In this document: positions 1-12,833 of the stretch, piece by piece
Numbering within the stretch: position 1 is the stretch's first letter
Layout: the number at the start of each line of letters is the position of its first letter
Source of the DNA: Microthyrium microscopicum
Lineage: Eukaryota
Assembly: GCA_010405405.1 (NCBI GenBank)
Contig: MU004241.1
Location: forward strand, 372,001-436,000
DNA: 64,000 nucleotides
Direction of reading: 5' to 3'
The notes under the pieces: generated by a model
Told to the model about the DNA's origin: nothing
The model's database searches: none
Seen by the model: only the letters and a program-made list of their open reading frames with translations
Translations under genes and position numbers: made by a program

Positions 1-102
1 ATCACACTATCACCTCTCATGCAGTCCCTTTTGACCCGAAGCTTACCTCTGGTTCTTAACTCGCGAATTGCGCCCATAAAATTTGGTAGAACAGTTCGAA
101 AA

Positions 103-1740
103 ATGACTACTTCAAATAGTCCCCTGGATGTTATCATCATAGGCGCTGGAATATCAGGTCTCTCCACCGCTATCGCACTGCGACGAATCGGACACAATGT
201 CAAGGTACCTAGCAATGCGGCGCAGATATACTACGACAGACTAAATATTGTCAGATTTACGAAAGATCGAATCTGAAAAATGAGCTCGGTGCGGCAATCC
301 ATATCTCTCCGAATGCCTCGAGAATTCTTCTCAGCTGGGATTTCGATGTCAAGCGAGCTCGATTTGTTAAAGCAATGAAAACATATATTGCTAGCGGCAA
401 TACGCTCCAAAAATTCTACGAGGGGAGCTATGATCACGTAGAACCCACGTACGGGGCTGCATGGTATCTGTCTCATCGAGTCGATTTGCACGAAGAGCTG
501 AAGAGGTTGGCGACAACCAGTGAAGGCCCTGGCAAGCCCGCAGTGATTATCCCAAATTCTAAAGTGGATGACTATGTTTGTAATCTCAAAGTTTCACAAG
601 GCCCGAATCGCTGATGAAGAGTTAGGATGTAGAAGCTGGCACCATCACCTTGTCAAACTCTGAAGTGCACAAAGCAGACCTCATTGTCGCCGCTGATGGC
701 GTTCACTCTCAGGCAACAAAACATATCCTGGGATCACTTCAGTATCCTGAGCACACGGGGCAATCCGCATTCAGGTTCTTGATACCGACTGCTGACATAA
801 TTGCGGACCCAGAAACCGCTGATTTTGTCAAAGACGATGATGGCCGCTTCAAAGTCTTTACCGGTGTTCGAGGAAACCGAATCGTCTGGTATCCTTGTCG
901 AAAGTATGTGTAAAATAAAACCTGCGAACTGTGAACTAACGCATTATGGCAGTAATGAGGAGCAAAACTTCGCTGCCATTTTTCATGAGGATACAAGCGA
1001 GACAAAAGAAGGTACATATTACCCCAAATATGCGAAATATAGCTCACACTTTTTGAAGACTGGGACGCGTCCGTAAGTGGCGAGAAGCTGCTTGAAGAGT
1101 ATCAAGATTTTCACCCTGCCATCCTAGCAGTTTTCCGGTAAATCAACTGATGCTATGAGACATTTCTCGACTAACTCTGTTTAGGAAAGCCAAGAGTGTC
1201 AAAAAATGGCCCTTGTTGTTTCGTGAACCATTGCCAGCTTGGTATAAATCGAAACTAGTTTTGGTTGGAGATGCCGCACATCCAATGTTACCGCGTAAGT
1301 CTAGCAGTATTCTCATATCAGGTGCAATTCATGCTAAAAGCTCTCATAGACCAAGGTCAAGCCGGAGCACAAGCGATAGAAGATAGCGTTGCTCTCGGTG
1401 TGGTCCTTAATGGGGTAACGAAGACCGAGCTACAAAATGACCCCAATGCTCTAGCAAAGAGGTTAGAACTGTACCAGACCATCCGGCGAAGACGAGCTGC
1501 GGCCATGCAGATATTCTCCAATTTCGGTCAAGATCAAGGTGATAAGTGCGCCGAGGCTGTCAAGCCCTATCACGATGGTCCAATACCCAGTAAGTCGATC
1601 AGTGATTGTCGTCGGGAAGTCACATATGGACGCTGACGCTATTATAATTCACAGTGAATCCGGCAGAGTTTATTGTTTATAACTTTTCCTATAATGTCAA
1701 AGACCATAGTGAACAAGCCTTGAAGGATGCAAAGCTCTAG
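103..1740 (+). CDS. FAD-dependent monooxygenase (salicylate hydroxylase-like, group A flavin monooxygenase), 8 exons
   Basis: Spliced by eye with introns 205-254, 576-625, 904-952, 1012-1058, 1138-1184, 1295-1349 and 1590-1654. Motifs GAGISG (Rossmann), [11 protein letters not shown] (DG) and [23 protein letters not shown] (GD). Stop TAG at 1738-1740. An in-frame upstream ATG exists at 19. Confidence 0.92.
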
Positions 1741-4362
1741 ATAACCGAAGATCTTGAATATCTGAACATGTCATATAAAGTGTATATACGGCCTTTGAAT
1801 TGATTATAAACTGCAACATTATCTCCACGCCCGAGGATCTTCATGTTTTTTGATTATCTTCATATACTACTTTTCAGCTGTCATTCGAGTTAAGATGGGC
1901 TAAAGGGTCCGAGACGTAGAAATGGACTGAACTGTTGGTAGTTATTATACCTTAGCAATATATGATAAGCGTATTGCGCTCCTAAATAAACTTGGTCGCG
2001 TACCTTAGTCCACTCACGTAGGCTAAGGCTATAAAACCCTCTTAGGTCGACTAAGTTATAAATTGGTGTGCAACAGGTCTCAATTCTTCCATTGAATTCC
2101 GAGACGTTTTCCATGGAAACGGTACGGTTTGGCGGCAGGAATGAAGCGACCATTGCAAATGTGAATCTTGTACTTCCTTACACGGGGATATGCGGCTCTC
2201 CATTCCTGGCAAGCTCAGCCATATTGAGAACATACTGTGAAATTCAAACCACTAAAAAGAGTCAATGGATCTGAGATTCACCTACCGCACGGCATGTTTA
2301 CTAATTTCAAGGATACAATATGAAAGCTACTCAACGAGTTCACCCCATTGTCAATGCTCTCGAATTATCTGGGGGGCAGCCGCTACAACCCCCAACCTAG
2401 CAAAACACTCCGAAATGATCGACCAAGAGCCAGGTTTGTGTGTTCCTAGAAAGGAGCATCATTTTTGACATGTTTGACGTGTCCGACGTTATGCACAATC
2501 CCTGATATAACTAAAGATCCTAGTCTGTGCATCTCAATACCAACTGCTCTGGAGGACGAAATGATAGCCACTCATTTATTTTTCTCACATATCTACCTGG
2601 TACTTACCTACTGTTCGGACCTTGATCATACTCTTGCGGATCTCGAGACGGAAGCTCAATTGAATTACGTTTCTTGACATTGTGGTTCATATTGACACAA
2701 AACAACATCTCCAATCTCATAATGGACGTTATCAGCCATCTTGTCAGGTTTCAAGTTCTATAACTTACTACTTCTTCTCCGATGCCATCCGAAGAGCCAA
2801 ATCTCTTTGATTGCATAGCAGTTGTGGGGAAAGGCTATTCTTCAACAACCACCTCTAAGAGACTGTTCCCCTCCAGACAATTCCGAAAGTGGAAGTAGAA
2901 TCAGGGATCTGAATAGCGAGATTTGCAGAGCTCTGCCCTCGGTCTTTGTTATTACCAGCCGAATACGAGCGTAAACGTACCTCCCACTTTGTTTGATAAC
3001 AATTATATCAAAGCATCACAATCAAGATAAAATATCGGAGGAAGCAAAGCAATTGTCTATATCTTTCATTACTCTATCCCCATATCTTGTCGTATTTTCT
3101 TCGATGCATCTGGTGCAAAAGGAGAATACGTCGGTATAAGGCACCTGCTTTGATCTCCGTAGGTACCAAATAGTCAGGTACCGTTGCAGAATACGAGATA
3201 GAACCCAGCTAACTTCATCATTTTCTGAGGATGCGCATTGATAGACTACGCAGATCTTTCCAAAGCAGCTCAGCAAAACTTCCATGTGTTGATTGTACCG
3301 TGTTCGAAGTGAAACTGGCTGGGCTTACCGTTGATGGTGTAATCTAGAAACTCCAATACCATGGGGTTTAGGATGCGTTAACCGGAGAAGACATTGAGCG
3401 AGGTCGGCAATGTTACATGAAGATGCAGAAATTCGAGGCAGATTTCCAATCAAAATCTTGAAATCTTCAGAATTGCTGTTATAGTTACACAAGCTCGATT
3501 GCTCGAGGGGTTTCCGAATACCCGTGGCCTGGAAATGCGATTGTCAAAATGTATGCTTAATAGCTCCCGGGGGAAAAGATTGATATTGAATCGGTATGAG
3601 ATTGCCGAGTACGGATACGGCATACAACATGGAAGGCTACCGAAAGAATATGCGGAATTGTGTTGCCATGTCTTCATCCGAGTCGAACAGATGCTTCTTA
3701 GGGAATTTTATTGCTCCGTCAATAGAGCTTGAGAGCTTCCTGACAGCGAGTCACAATAAGTACCACATGCTATTATTTGACCAGACAGCTCGCTCAGTCA
3801 TTGCTTGATTAAAGTGCCGCAACTTGCGGATGTAACAAGCCGTCCTGTTATTTGACCACTTGGTATAACATCTTCATCACACTTTTCATATTAGTGACAG
3901 CGGAATATGAGCCTCGTGCGGTTGATTTTCCTAGGTAGATATGAATACGAATTCTATATCTGCACAACTCGTATGGTTATCTTCTTCAATCAGTATTTGG
4001 ATATAGAAAATATAGTAGGCATGAACGGTGACCTCGATTTGCCGCGTAATATCTTGAAAATATGATGAAATTGCAGGTTTTTGAAAGTGCCATTTATGAT
4101 CAACCATTCTATGGCACATATGAAACTTTGAAAAGCTCTAGATTAATCCGTATGGAAGGACGAAATTTCCTAGTTCCTGGACGTCGGAATACATACGAAG
4201 TCTATTTTAACATTCTTGCCAGATGGTAGTTGCTTGTCACATAAGAGTATATGAGAGTTGTTTGTGCTACTTTTAGTTATATGTTTGCGATAATTGAACT
4301 CGATACGCAGGCTTATTCTATTGGTCTTGAAATATCAAAGGGCTGCGATTTGAACCGCGAAT

Positions 4363-7300
4363 ATGGACAAGATGTCGCATTCGAACCTATTACTTTTGTT
4401 TGGTGATCAAAACTTTGACATTGCGACAAGTCTATTGGATCTTCTCTCGTCTCACAGCAAATCGAGATCTCTGAAACTCTTCATCAATGGACTCCATGAT
4501 ATCTTGCGCCAAGAGGTTCCTAAACTTTCTTCCAAAGAGCAGTCATGGCTTCTGGATTATACTTGTCTAAAAACTTTAGCCAGCCAGTTCAGCAAAGACG
4601 TTGAACGATATGCTGCATTACAAATGTTTCTGACTTGTGTCACTCAGCTCGGTCATTACATCATGTAAGAAACGACTCCAATTTTATGGCTTTCACTAAT
4701 GAGAGGCAGCTTAGTTGAAGATGACCCCGAGCTGCTAGACTCGAAATCGAGCTTCGAAATTGTAGCGATATGTACTGGAGCTCTGTCCGCTGCAGCAGCA
4801 TCGTTGGCAAAGTCTGTTCAAGAGCTGCTTGATGTGTCTATTGCAATATCAGCCATAGCGCTTCGTCTTGGTGTGGCTATGCAACGAAGAGCAGAAAATT
4901 TGGAAGCGACTCCGGGCTCCTGGGCATTTACAGCTTCCAATATCAATGAAGACGAGCTGATGAATTTACTGGCAATTTACAACAACGTAACTACATCTTC
5001 AACTTCTAGATACATTGGACTGACCAAATCAACAGGACTTGCCTCCCCATAGAACCCTTTTTCTAAGTTCGCGAGCTCGACAAACGTTTACGATCAGTGG
5101 ACCACCATCATCAGTACAGCCATTCCGCCAGAAGCTTACCCACCAAGGTATAAAGACACTTGAGCTGCCGATTTCAGCCCCTTATCATGCCTCTCACCTC
5201 ACAGGGCCCAATGTGGAGAACATATTGGAGCCTCTAGCAACTTTCGAAAACTGTAGTTCTCATAGTGACTTGATCTCGGCTGGATCTGAATCTTGGTACG
5301 CACGGGAGACTGCTCATAATCTCATGACAGGTATCATAGACGAGATATTATACAAAGAACTCAATTGGTCGAATCTGCTGACAAGTTTGGTCAGCAAAGT
5401 GTCCGGCGCCAGTGTCACTTTGAAAGTAATTGGGGCGACGAACTGTTCGAGCTACGTGCTCAAAGAGCTGACTGCAAACGGTATTGATGTCGCTTCGCTT
5501 CCAGCTTCACAGATCAAGTCGTCATTGTCAAATAACGAACCCAATGCCGGGGATATTGCGATTGTTGGAATGGCAGGAAGGTTCCCGGGGGCAGAAACTC
5601 TCCAGAGCTTCTGGAAGGTGCTAGTAGATGGGAAAGATCTTCATCGACAAGTGAGTATCCTGAAACAAAAATTTAGTCTATTACTAAAGAATATAGATTC
5701 CGAAAGACAGATTCGACGTCAAAACGCATTTTGATCCTGCGGGAAACTTGCAGAACTGTTCGTAATTGTTCACTCCTATGATAGTTATACAATTCTCTGA
5801 CTACAATACGCAGCAACGCTCACTCCATATGGTGTCTTTATTGATGAACCCGGTCTCTTTGATGTTCGTATGTTCAATATGTCGCCAAGGGAGGCAGCGC
5901 AGACAGACCCCATGCAACGCATGCTTCTGCTGACAACATATGAGGCACTTGAGATGTCCGGGTATAGCTTGGGCAGAACTCCTTCAACATCTAGTGCAAG
6001 AATTGGCTCATTCTTTGGGCAAACCAGTGATGACTGGCGAGAAGTCAATTCGTCTCAAAACGTGGACACTTTTTTCATAACTGGAGGGATTCGCGCCTTC
6101 GGTCCAGGAAGACTGAATTATCACTTCAATTGGGACGGGCCCTCATACAGTATTGACACGGCGTGCTCCTCCAGTGCCGCTTCAATACAACTGGCGTGCA
6201 GTGCACTGCTAGCTCGCGAAATTGATACAGCTGTCGCGGGTGGTGCCAACATCCTCACGGCTTCAGATTTATTTGCCGGGCTAAGTCGAGGCGGATTCTT
6301 ATCCAAAACTGGAGGATGCAAAACATTTGATGATGCCGCCGATGGATACTGTCGCGGTGATGCAGTTGGAACCATTGTCTTGAAACGCCTAGACGATGCA
6401 ATCGCCGATAACGACAACGTTCTTGCCGTAATCAAGGCGATTGCCACTAATCACTCCTCACAGGCAGTTTCAATTACACATCCCGATAGCAAGACACAGC
6501 AAAAACTATTTCACACTGTTTTGCAGAAAAGTGATCTTACGCCTGGAGATATTGACGTGGTAGAGCTTCATGGCACTGGCACTCAAGCCGGTGACTATAC
6601 CGAATTTTCATCAGTTATGGGAGTTTTTGGAAGTCGTCCTTCCAATCAACCGATCTACGTCGGCAGCGTGAAGCCAAATCTTGGACATGGAGAGGCAGTG
6701 AGTTCAAGGATATGCCCGAAGACTCACTGGATACTAACATTTACGAGGCCTCTGGAGTCACCTCCCTAATGAAATCCATATTGATGCTCCGTCACAATAT
6801 AATCCCTCCCCATGTCGGAATCAAAGGCCGAATGAACCGCCGTTTGCCACCACTAGAGACTACACCTGTGAGGCTGGCCATGGAACCGACTGCATGGCCA
6901 CGGAACGCAATCAACAAAAGACGCATATTGATCAATAACTTTGATGCCGCTGTAAGATTTTCATTCCTCACTATTTCATTGTCCCTCCGGAATCTAAAAT
7001 CGATTTAGGGTGGAAATACTAGCATTGTTATTGAGGATCCACCTACAAGGACTATTGAGGTCTCTGATCCAAGAAGCCATCATGTTGTTGCAATATCGGG
7101 CCGTACCCTCGTGTCTTTTGAGCAGAATCGCGCTCGCTTGCTTCAATTTATGAGGACCAGCAATGTCAGTCTGGCAAGTCTTGCATACACTACCACTGCA
7201 CGTCGCCAACATCACGTCTTTAAACGTGCCTATTCTTGTAGCTCTATACAAAACTTGATTTCACTCCTAGAGGCAGACGAAGTAGCCAAAAATCCCCCAA

Positions 7301-10300
7301 GTCGTATCAGCAAGCCACCCAAGGCCAGCTTCGTTTTCACTGGCCAAGGAAGTCATTATACTGGAATGGGTAAACAACTCTACAACACAAACTGTCTGTG
7401 TAAGCAATGGTTCTTGGAGTACAATTCAATGTGTGTTCAACAAGGCTTTTTACCATTTCTGGAACTCATCACTGGAGATTTACATGCCGAAAATGCGACA
7501 CCATCGCAAACCCAGCTAGCCATAGTTTCATTCGAGCTGGTTATGCTTAAACTGTGGGATAGCTGGGGAGTGAAGCCGGATGTAGTGATTGGTCACAGCC
7601 TTGGAGAATATGCAGCACTTGTAGCAAGTGGTGTGCTGTCTGTTTGTGATATGCTCTACCTTGTGGGTAAGCGAGCTCAGTTGATGGAAAATAACTGTAC
7701 TCCGGGCACGCATACCATGCTAGCTGTCAAGATGGCAGCTAGTGATATCACCAGCACGTTGCATGAATCTGGACTCGATTCGTGCGAGGTGACTTGCATC
7801 AATGGACCTCAGTCTACCGTTGTCAGCGGCCAGAAACAAGAAATTATAACGCTGCAGAATAACTTCTCAAGTCGAGGCGTGAAGACAATGCCGTTGAATG
7901 TGCCTTACGCGTTTCATTCTGAGCAGATGGATACGGTCCTGGATGAATACCGAGAGGTCGCAGGCTCAGTGCACTATTCGACTCCCATTGTTCCCATCGC
8001 TTCGCCTCTTATGGGTACAATCGTCAAAGATGATGGGACTGTCAATGCTAAGTAAGTCATCAGGTCGCTTTGATTGTATCTTGTTTGATCTATCTTCTAA
8101 CCACGTCACAGTTATCTGGTGAGTCAGTGTCGTAAGCCGGTCGATTACGTTAGAGCACTTAAAAAGCTACAATCTGATCCAATTACATCTGGCCCAAATG
8201 TGTGGATCGAATTGGGACCCAAATCAATCTGTCTTGGCATGATTAAGTCGACATTAAATTGTCCGACTTGCGACCTCATTGCTACTGTCGACCAAAGCGA
8301 CTCAGAGTGGGCAACAATTTCAAGCGCTCTGGCTCGACTTTACAGTGCTGGATTCAATATCAATTGGAATGCGGTTCACAAAGAATACGAAGCCGGCTTG
8401 AGACTACTAGAGCTACCTTCATACTCATTCGACTTGAAAAACTACTGGATACAGTATGAAGGAGACTGGAGCATTAGCAAAGGACGAACCAAGACAATCG
8501 TCCAATCAGAGCCTGAGACAAATTTTACAACAAGCATGCATCGAGTGGAATCAGAGATCATTGAAAGCACTGCAATGACGGTCATATTCTTAACCAATTT
8601 TGCGGAACCTAATCTCAGGCTTGCCGTCGAAGGCCACCAAGTCAATAAGGTTGGCCTCTGTCCAAGTTCGTTATATGCCGATATGGCCATGACAGCAGCA
8701 TCCCACGTTCATGCAAAGATATTCCCTAGAAAAGAAGTCCCTGGACTGGATGTAGCGGACATGGAGGTCACGAAACCTTTTGTGGCGGATTTAGATGCTC
8801 CAGAACAAATTATGAAGGTCACTGCTCATAAAGAGTCTAACTCAGATGTTGTACACGTATCTTACACATCGTTGCACGACGGAGAGTCTATCGACCACGC
8901 TCACTGTATAGTCAGGTATGGTGATAGCAAAGAATGGATGTCACAGTGGTCAAGGCAAAAATACCTTATCCAGGATAGGATCATGAGGCTGAAGGATGGA
9001 GACGAAGACTTGATCCACCAGCTTCATCGACGAATGGTGTACAAGCTGTTCTCGGCTCTCGTCACATACAGTGACAGATACCGCGGAATTTCCAAGGCTT
9101 ACCTGAACAGTGCGATGTTTGAGGCAGCCGCTTCAGTCAGATTTCAAACATCAGGGTCCGAAGACAAGTATTTTTGTAGTCCCTACTGGATTGACAGCTT
9201 GCTTCATCTATCAGGGTTTGTTCTCAACGGCAGTGATAGTACCGCTGACGATGCCGTATATATTTCTCATGGTTGGCAAAGCTTACGGTTACCAACAAAG
9301 CTCGACGAGGACAAGACATATACAACTTACGTGCGGATGCAGCCAGTCGGAAGTGATACTGTCATGGCTGGTGATGTCTACATCTTCGATGGTGATACCA
9401 TCATTGGTTTATGTTGTGGTCTGAAATTCCACAAGATCAAGAAATCCATCATGGCCCATCTTTTACCAGGAAACAGCCCTGCAACCACTACCAGGAATAT
9501 AAAATCTACCAAGCCAACGGAATCAACAGTTGTGACAGCCCAAAAGCCAATCGTTGTGGAGACTGGTTCCTTCGATTTGGTTTTGGCAATGATTGCAGCA
9601 GAGGCTGAAATCTCTACCACCGATCTTGACGACAACGTGGAATTTGTCGAAGTTGGTATAGACTCATTGCTCAGCTTAACGATTACGGCGAAATTGCGAG
9701 AAATGACTGACAAAGAGATTCCCGGCTCTCTCTTTGTTACACATCCCACCGTTGGAGATCTACGAGGCTTTTTGGGAGACAGTCTTCAATCCTCGTCATC
9801 CGATGATTCTGGGGGCTCCGAGTCTTCCTTCGATCAAGGGCCAATGAGCACCGGACAAACGTCTACCTCAGATCTGGTGTTTGTTGAAGGCAACTCCCAG
9901 CTATCACCTACACTTTTCAGGACAGTTATAGCCAACGAATTAGGAGTATCAGAGTCCAGCATTCAGCCTGATACTGAATTTGTTGAACTGGGACTTGACT
10001 CACTCATGAGCCTAGTAATTCTAAGCAAGCTGAAGAACATCACTGGAAGTGCAATTGATCCAGAATTGTTCGTACACAACTCAACTTTTGGAGATCTCTC
10101 CAACCTTTATAGCAAAAGTGAACCTGCCATCGGTCTAGGCATCAAAACTCCCGAGCTCTTCACGCCAAGTAGCGCCGTGCTTGTATCACCAATGACCGAA
10201 TCTCTGAGCTGCAGCTCTGTCTTCCTTCAAGGACACTCGACAGCTAGGAACGTGATGTTCTTACTTCCCGATGGGTCTGGCTCAGCAGCCTCATATTGTG

Positions 10301-11069
10301 GAATCCCACCGGTTTCAGGCAACCTGGTCATTTACGGTCTCAACAGTCCATACTTGAAGCACTCGAATGGATTCAATCAGTCTATTGAGAGCATAGCGTC
10401 ATGCTATGTATCCGAGATCCGTGCCCAAAGACCGCAAGGACCATATATACTAGGAGGATGGTCCGTCGGAGGGGTCTATGCATATGAAGTTGCCCGACAG
10501 CTTGTGCTGGGAGGCGAAACTATTGCTGGTTTACTGCTGCTCGACGCGCCTTGCTCGAAGCGGCTGCCCCCAATGTCGCTAGAAACCATTGACCTACTAA
10601 CACAGCATGGCATATTCAGCAATGAAAAGACCATATCACCTATGGTAAGCCAGTTCACTTACAGATAGGCAAGATCTAACATGTAAGCAGGTCCGACAGC
10701 ATTTTCTGAGCACTATTCGTGCACTGCATGATTACGTCCCGAAAAGTATGCCGAAGACTGGATTGAATATCCCGTGCGTGGCACTATGGGCTCGAGAAGG
10801 TGTATTTGAGCATAGTCCTGACATGCAGGAGAAAGTTTCCTCGGACGGTATCAACGACTGGCTTCTCTTTTCTCGTCATGGCCCCGACTCGACTGGCTGG
10901 GATGAGCTATTGCCGAACTACAAAGCTATTGTTGTGGACGGCAATCATTTTACCATGATGCGAGAGCCAAAAGTAGGCTTATTCGTCCGTCTGCTGTTCT
11001 GCGTTAACGCTGATATAGGTTCGAAATCTTGGTGCTTTGGTACAAGATGCCATGCGCTCTTTTGTATGA
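4363..11069 (+). CDS. Non-reducing iterative type I polyketide synthase, SAT-KS-AT-PT-ACP-ACP-TE, 10 exons
   Basis: Introns 4665-4709, 4987-5035, 5651-5696, 5758-5813, 6698-6747, 6952-7008, 8052-8111, 10645-10690 and 10973-11018 join into one frame. [67 protein letters not shown] and DSLLHLSGF; two ACPs GIDSLL and GLDSLM; TE PDGSGS, GGWSVGG, GNHF. No KR/DH/ER/MT motif seen. Confidence 0.95.
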
Positions 11070-12634
11070 ATGTTTGAATGATGTCTCATTTTATGGATCA
11101 TGTGTTGAAACTAAGCCCATTTTCGGGTTCTTTGGATTAGACTGTATTTATTAGCAATTCTTGCATCAACTGTACTGTAGTTTGGATTGTCAAGTGTACA
11201 AATGGTTTAGATTGTCGTTGGTATAGATGTATTTTGTCTCTTGTTTCGAATGTCCTTAGTAAGAATACTATTATTCTGAGCATTTGATGAAGCACTACAA
11301 TGAGTTAGGAAACATAAGTATATTCAAAGCACAATCCGTGTTTCAAATCAAGTGGATAACAAGATGAAGCTGATCGTTTGCAATACGACAATCCCAGGGC
11401 CCAGGTACGACTTTCTGATCTTCGCAGTACAATCCGACCATCCTGACTGTGTATCAAATATCCTTGAGGTTCCATGCCACTTGACTTTTACCCGACTCGG
11501 CCAGCAGCCTGGAGAACTTTATTGTTATTCGTGAAGCGTAATGGCTGAATGGCGAAATGGTTCCAAAGACTATTGTTTACCCTTTTTGAGCTATTTTCTA
11601 TAACGCATAAAAGAAGAAACCGGCAACAGGCTCAAGGCAGCCTTGCACTAATGATCAAACGTTCGTATTCGGTTTTAACAAGAGGAAAAATTGGTCCATT
11701 TGAGGCATCCTTCGCCTAAACAGTAACTTGACCTGGTCAATCCTGACTTCGCTAAAGATCCTCGCTCCCGCTAGCCTAGGAAGGTTATAACCACGTTGGC
11801 CGCTTAGGAAGCGTTGTACGATCCATTGATTCCATCGTTAAAATTCTCGCTTCGAGCAACAACGCGAGAGTGAGGATGGGGCACGTTTTGACCAGGAACA
11901 CCCTGTCAACAATGGCAATATGATAGGATCGTTTGCAACTAGAGTTAGGCAGTCTAGCATCTAAAGGTTGAGTCAGATTGCCAAAATCGCTTAGTGCATT
12001 TGATAGTGAGACTAGGAATCTGAAGAGTTAAAATGCATTTTCCGCTGGAAGCGCAACTACAATTAGTAGTACGTGCTCACATATACTACAATGTAATGCC
12101 GCAATAATGCCGTCGGCGCACAAAGACTGCAGGCTTGCAGGCCCAGGAAGCGGTCAAGCTGTACCACGACCGAACGAGCCAACCGCAGTCTGATGCAGAT
12201 GCAAACTGACGTCCCGAATCTTAGCTTTGCTCTATTTAGCAGCGTGTGGGCCAAGGTCATTAGAGGTTTGGCTGGTTACTGATTCAATGTTAGGGTAGGT
12301 GAGTTATATCTCCAAACTTTGCCTTAGGAAAAGGCGGGTAAACATGAATCCTGCCGAGCTCAATACGATGCCCTCAACAACAACACAGCTCATAGAGGAT
12401 GTATGACAGGTGGGAGCAGCCGGCAAGAGGCAACGGATAAGCAGTATTTTGCGCAGAAAGGCGAAAAGGGATGAAAAGGCATGCCAGGGGAGCCAATGGG
12501 CGTAAGATGAGGCAATGGCAAGGCGAGGCCCACAGGAAACAATCTTCTGGAAATTTTCAATTGAGTGAGACTTTGGTGACAGGATGAAGGATTGATAGAT
12601 CTGATTCGGTCAACCGACGAGGCCGCGAGGTGAG

Positions 12635-12786
12635 TGTTGTAATGAAGAACATGCTAAGGGATTAGATAATCGTAGGACCTAATCAGGGATAACATAATCT
12701 CCTAATTAGCGTGTCTTAAAAACTATATTAGGTTCTTAGACTCTCATAGTAATTAACTACGCTTTATTTTTAATATTCTTATAATA
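12635..12786 (+). repeat. 5' LTR of copy 1 (152 bp)
   Basis: Aligns to 22024-22175, 23146-23297 and 32598-32749 with almost only C/T and G/A differences. Confidence 0.93.
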
Positions 12787-12788
12787 TT

Positions 12789-12833
12789 TAGTAGTAATAA
12801 TTTAATTTAATTAGGACCTCTAGATAATAAACC
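12789..12833 (+). promoter_or_regulatory. Primer-binding site, probably tRNA-iMet type (RIP-altered)
   Basis: Starts 2 nt after the LTR: TAGTAGTA (copy 2 TAGTAGCA at 23300), compatible with a pre-RIP TGGTAGCA like the Ty1/Ty3 iMet PBS. The downstream GACCTCTAGATAATAAACC resembles the complement of the iMet anticodon arm. Confidence 0.55.
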
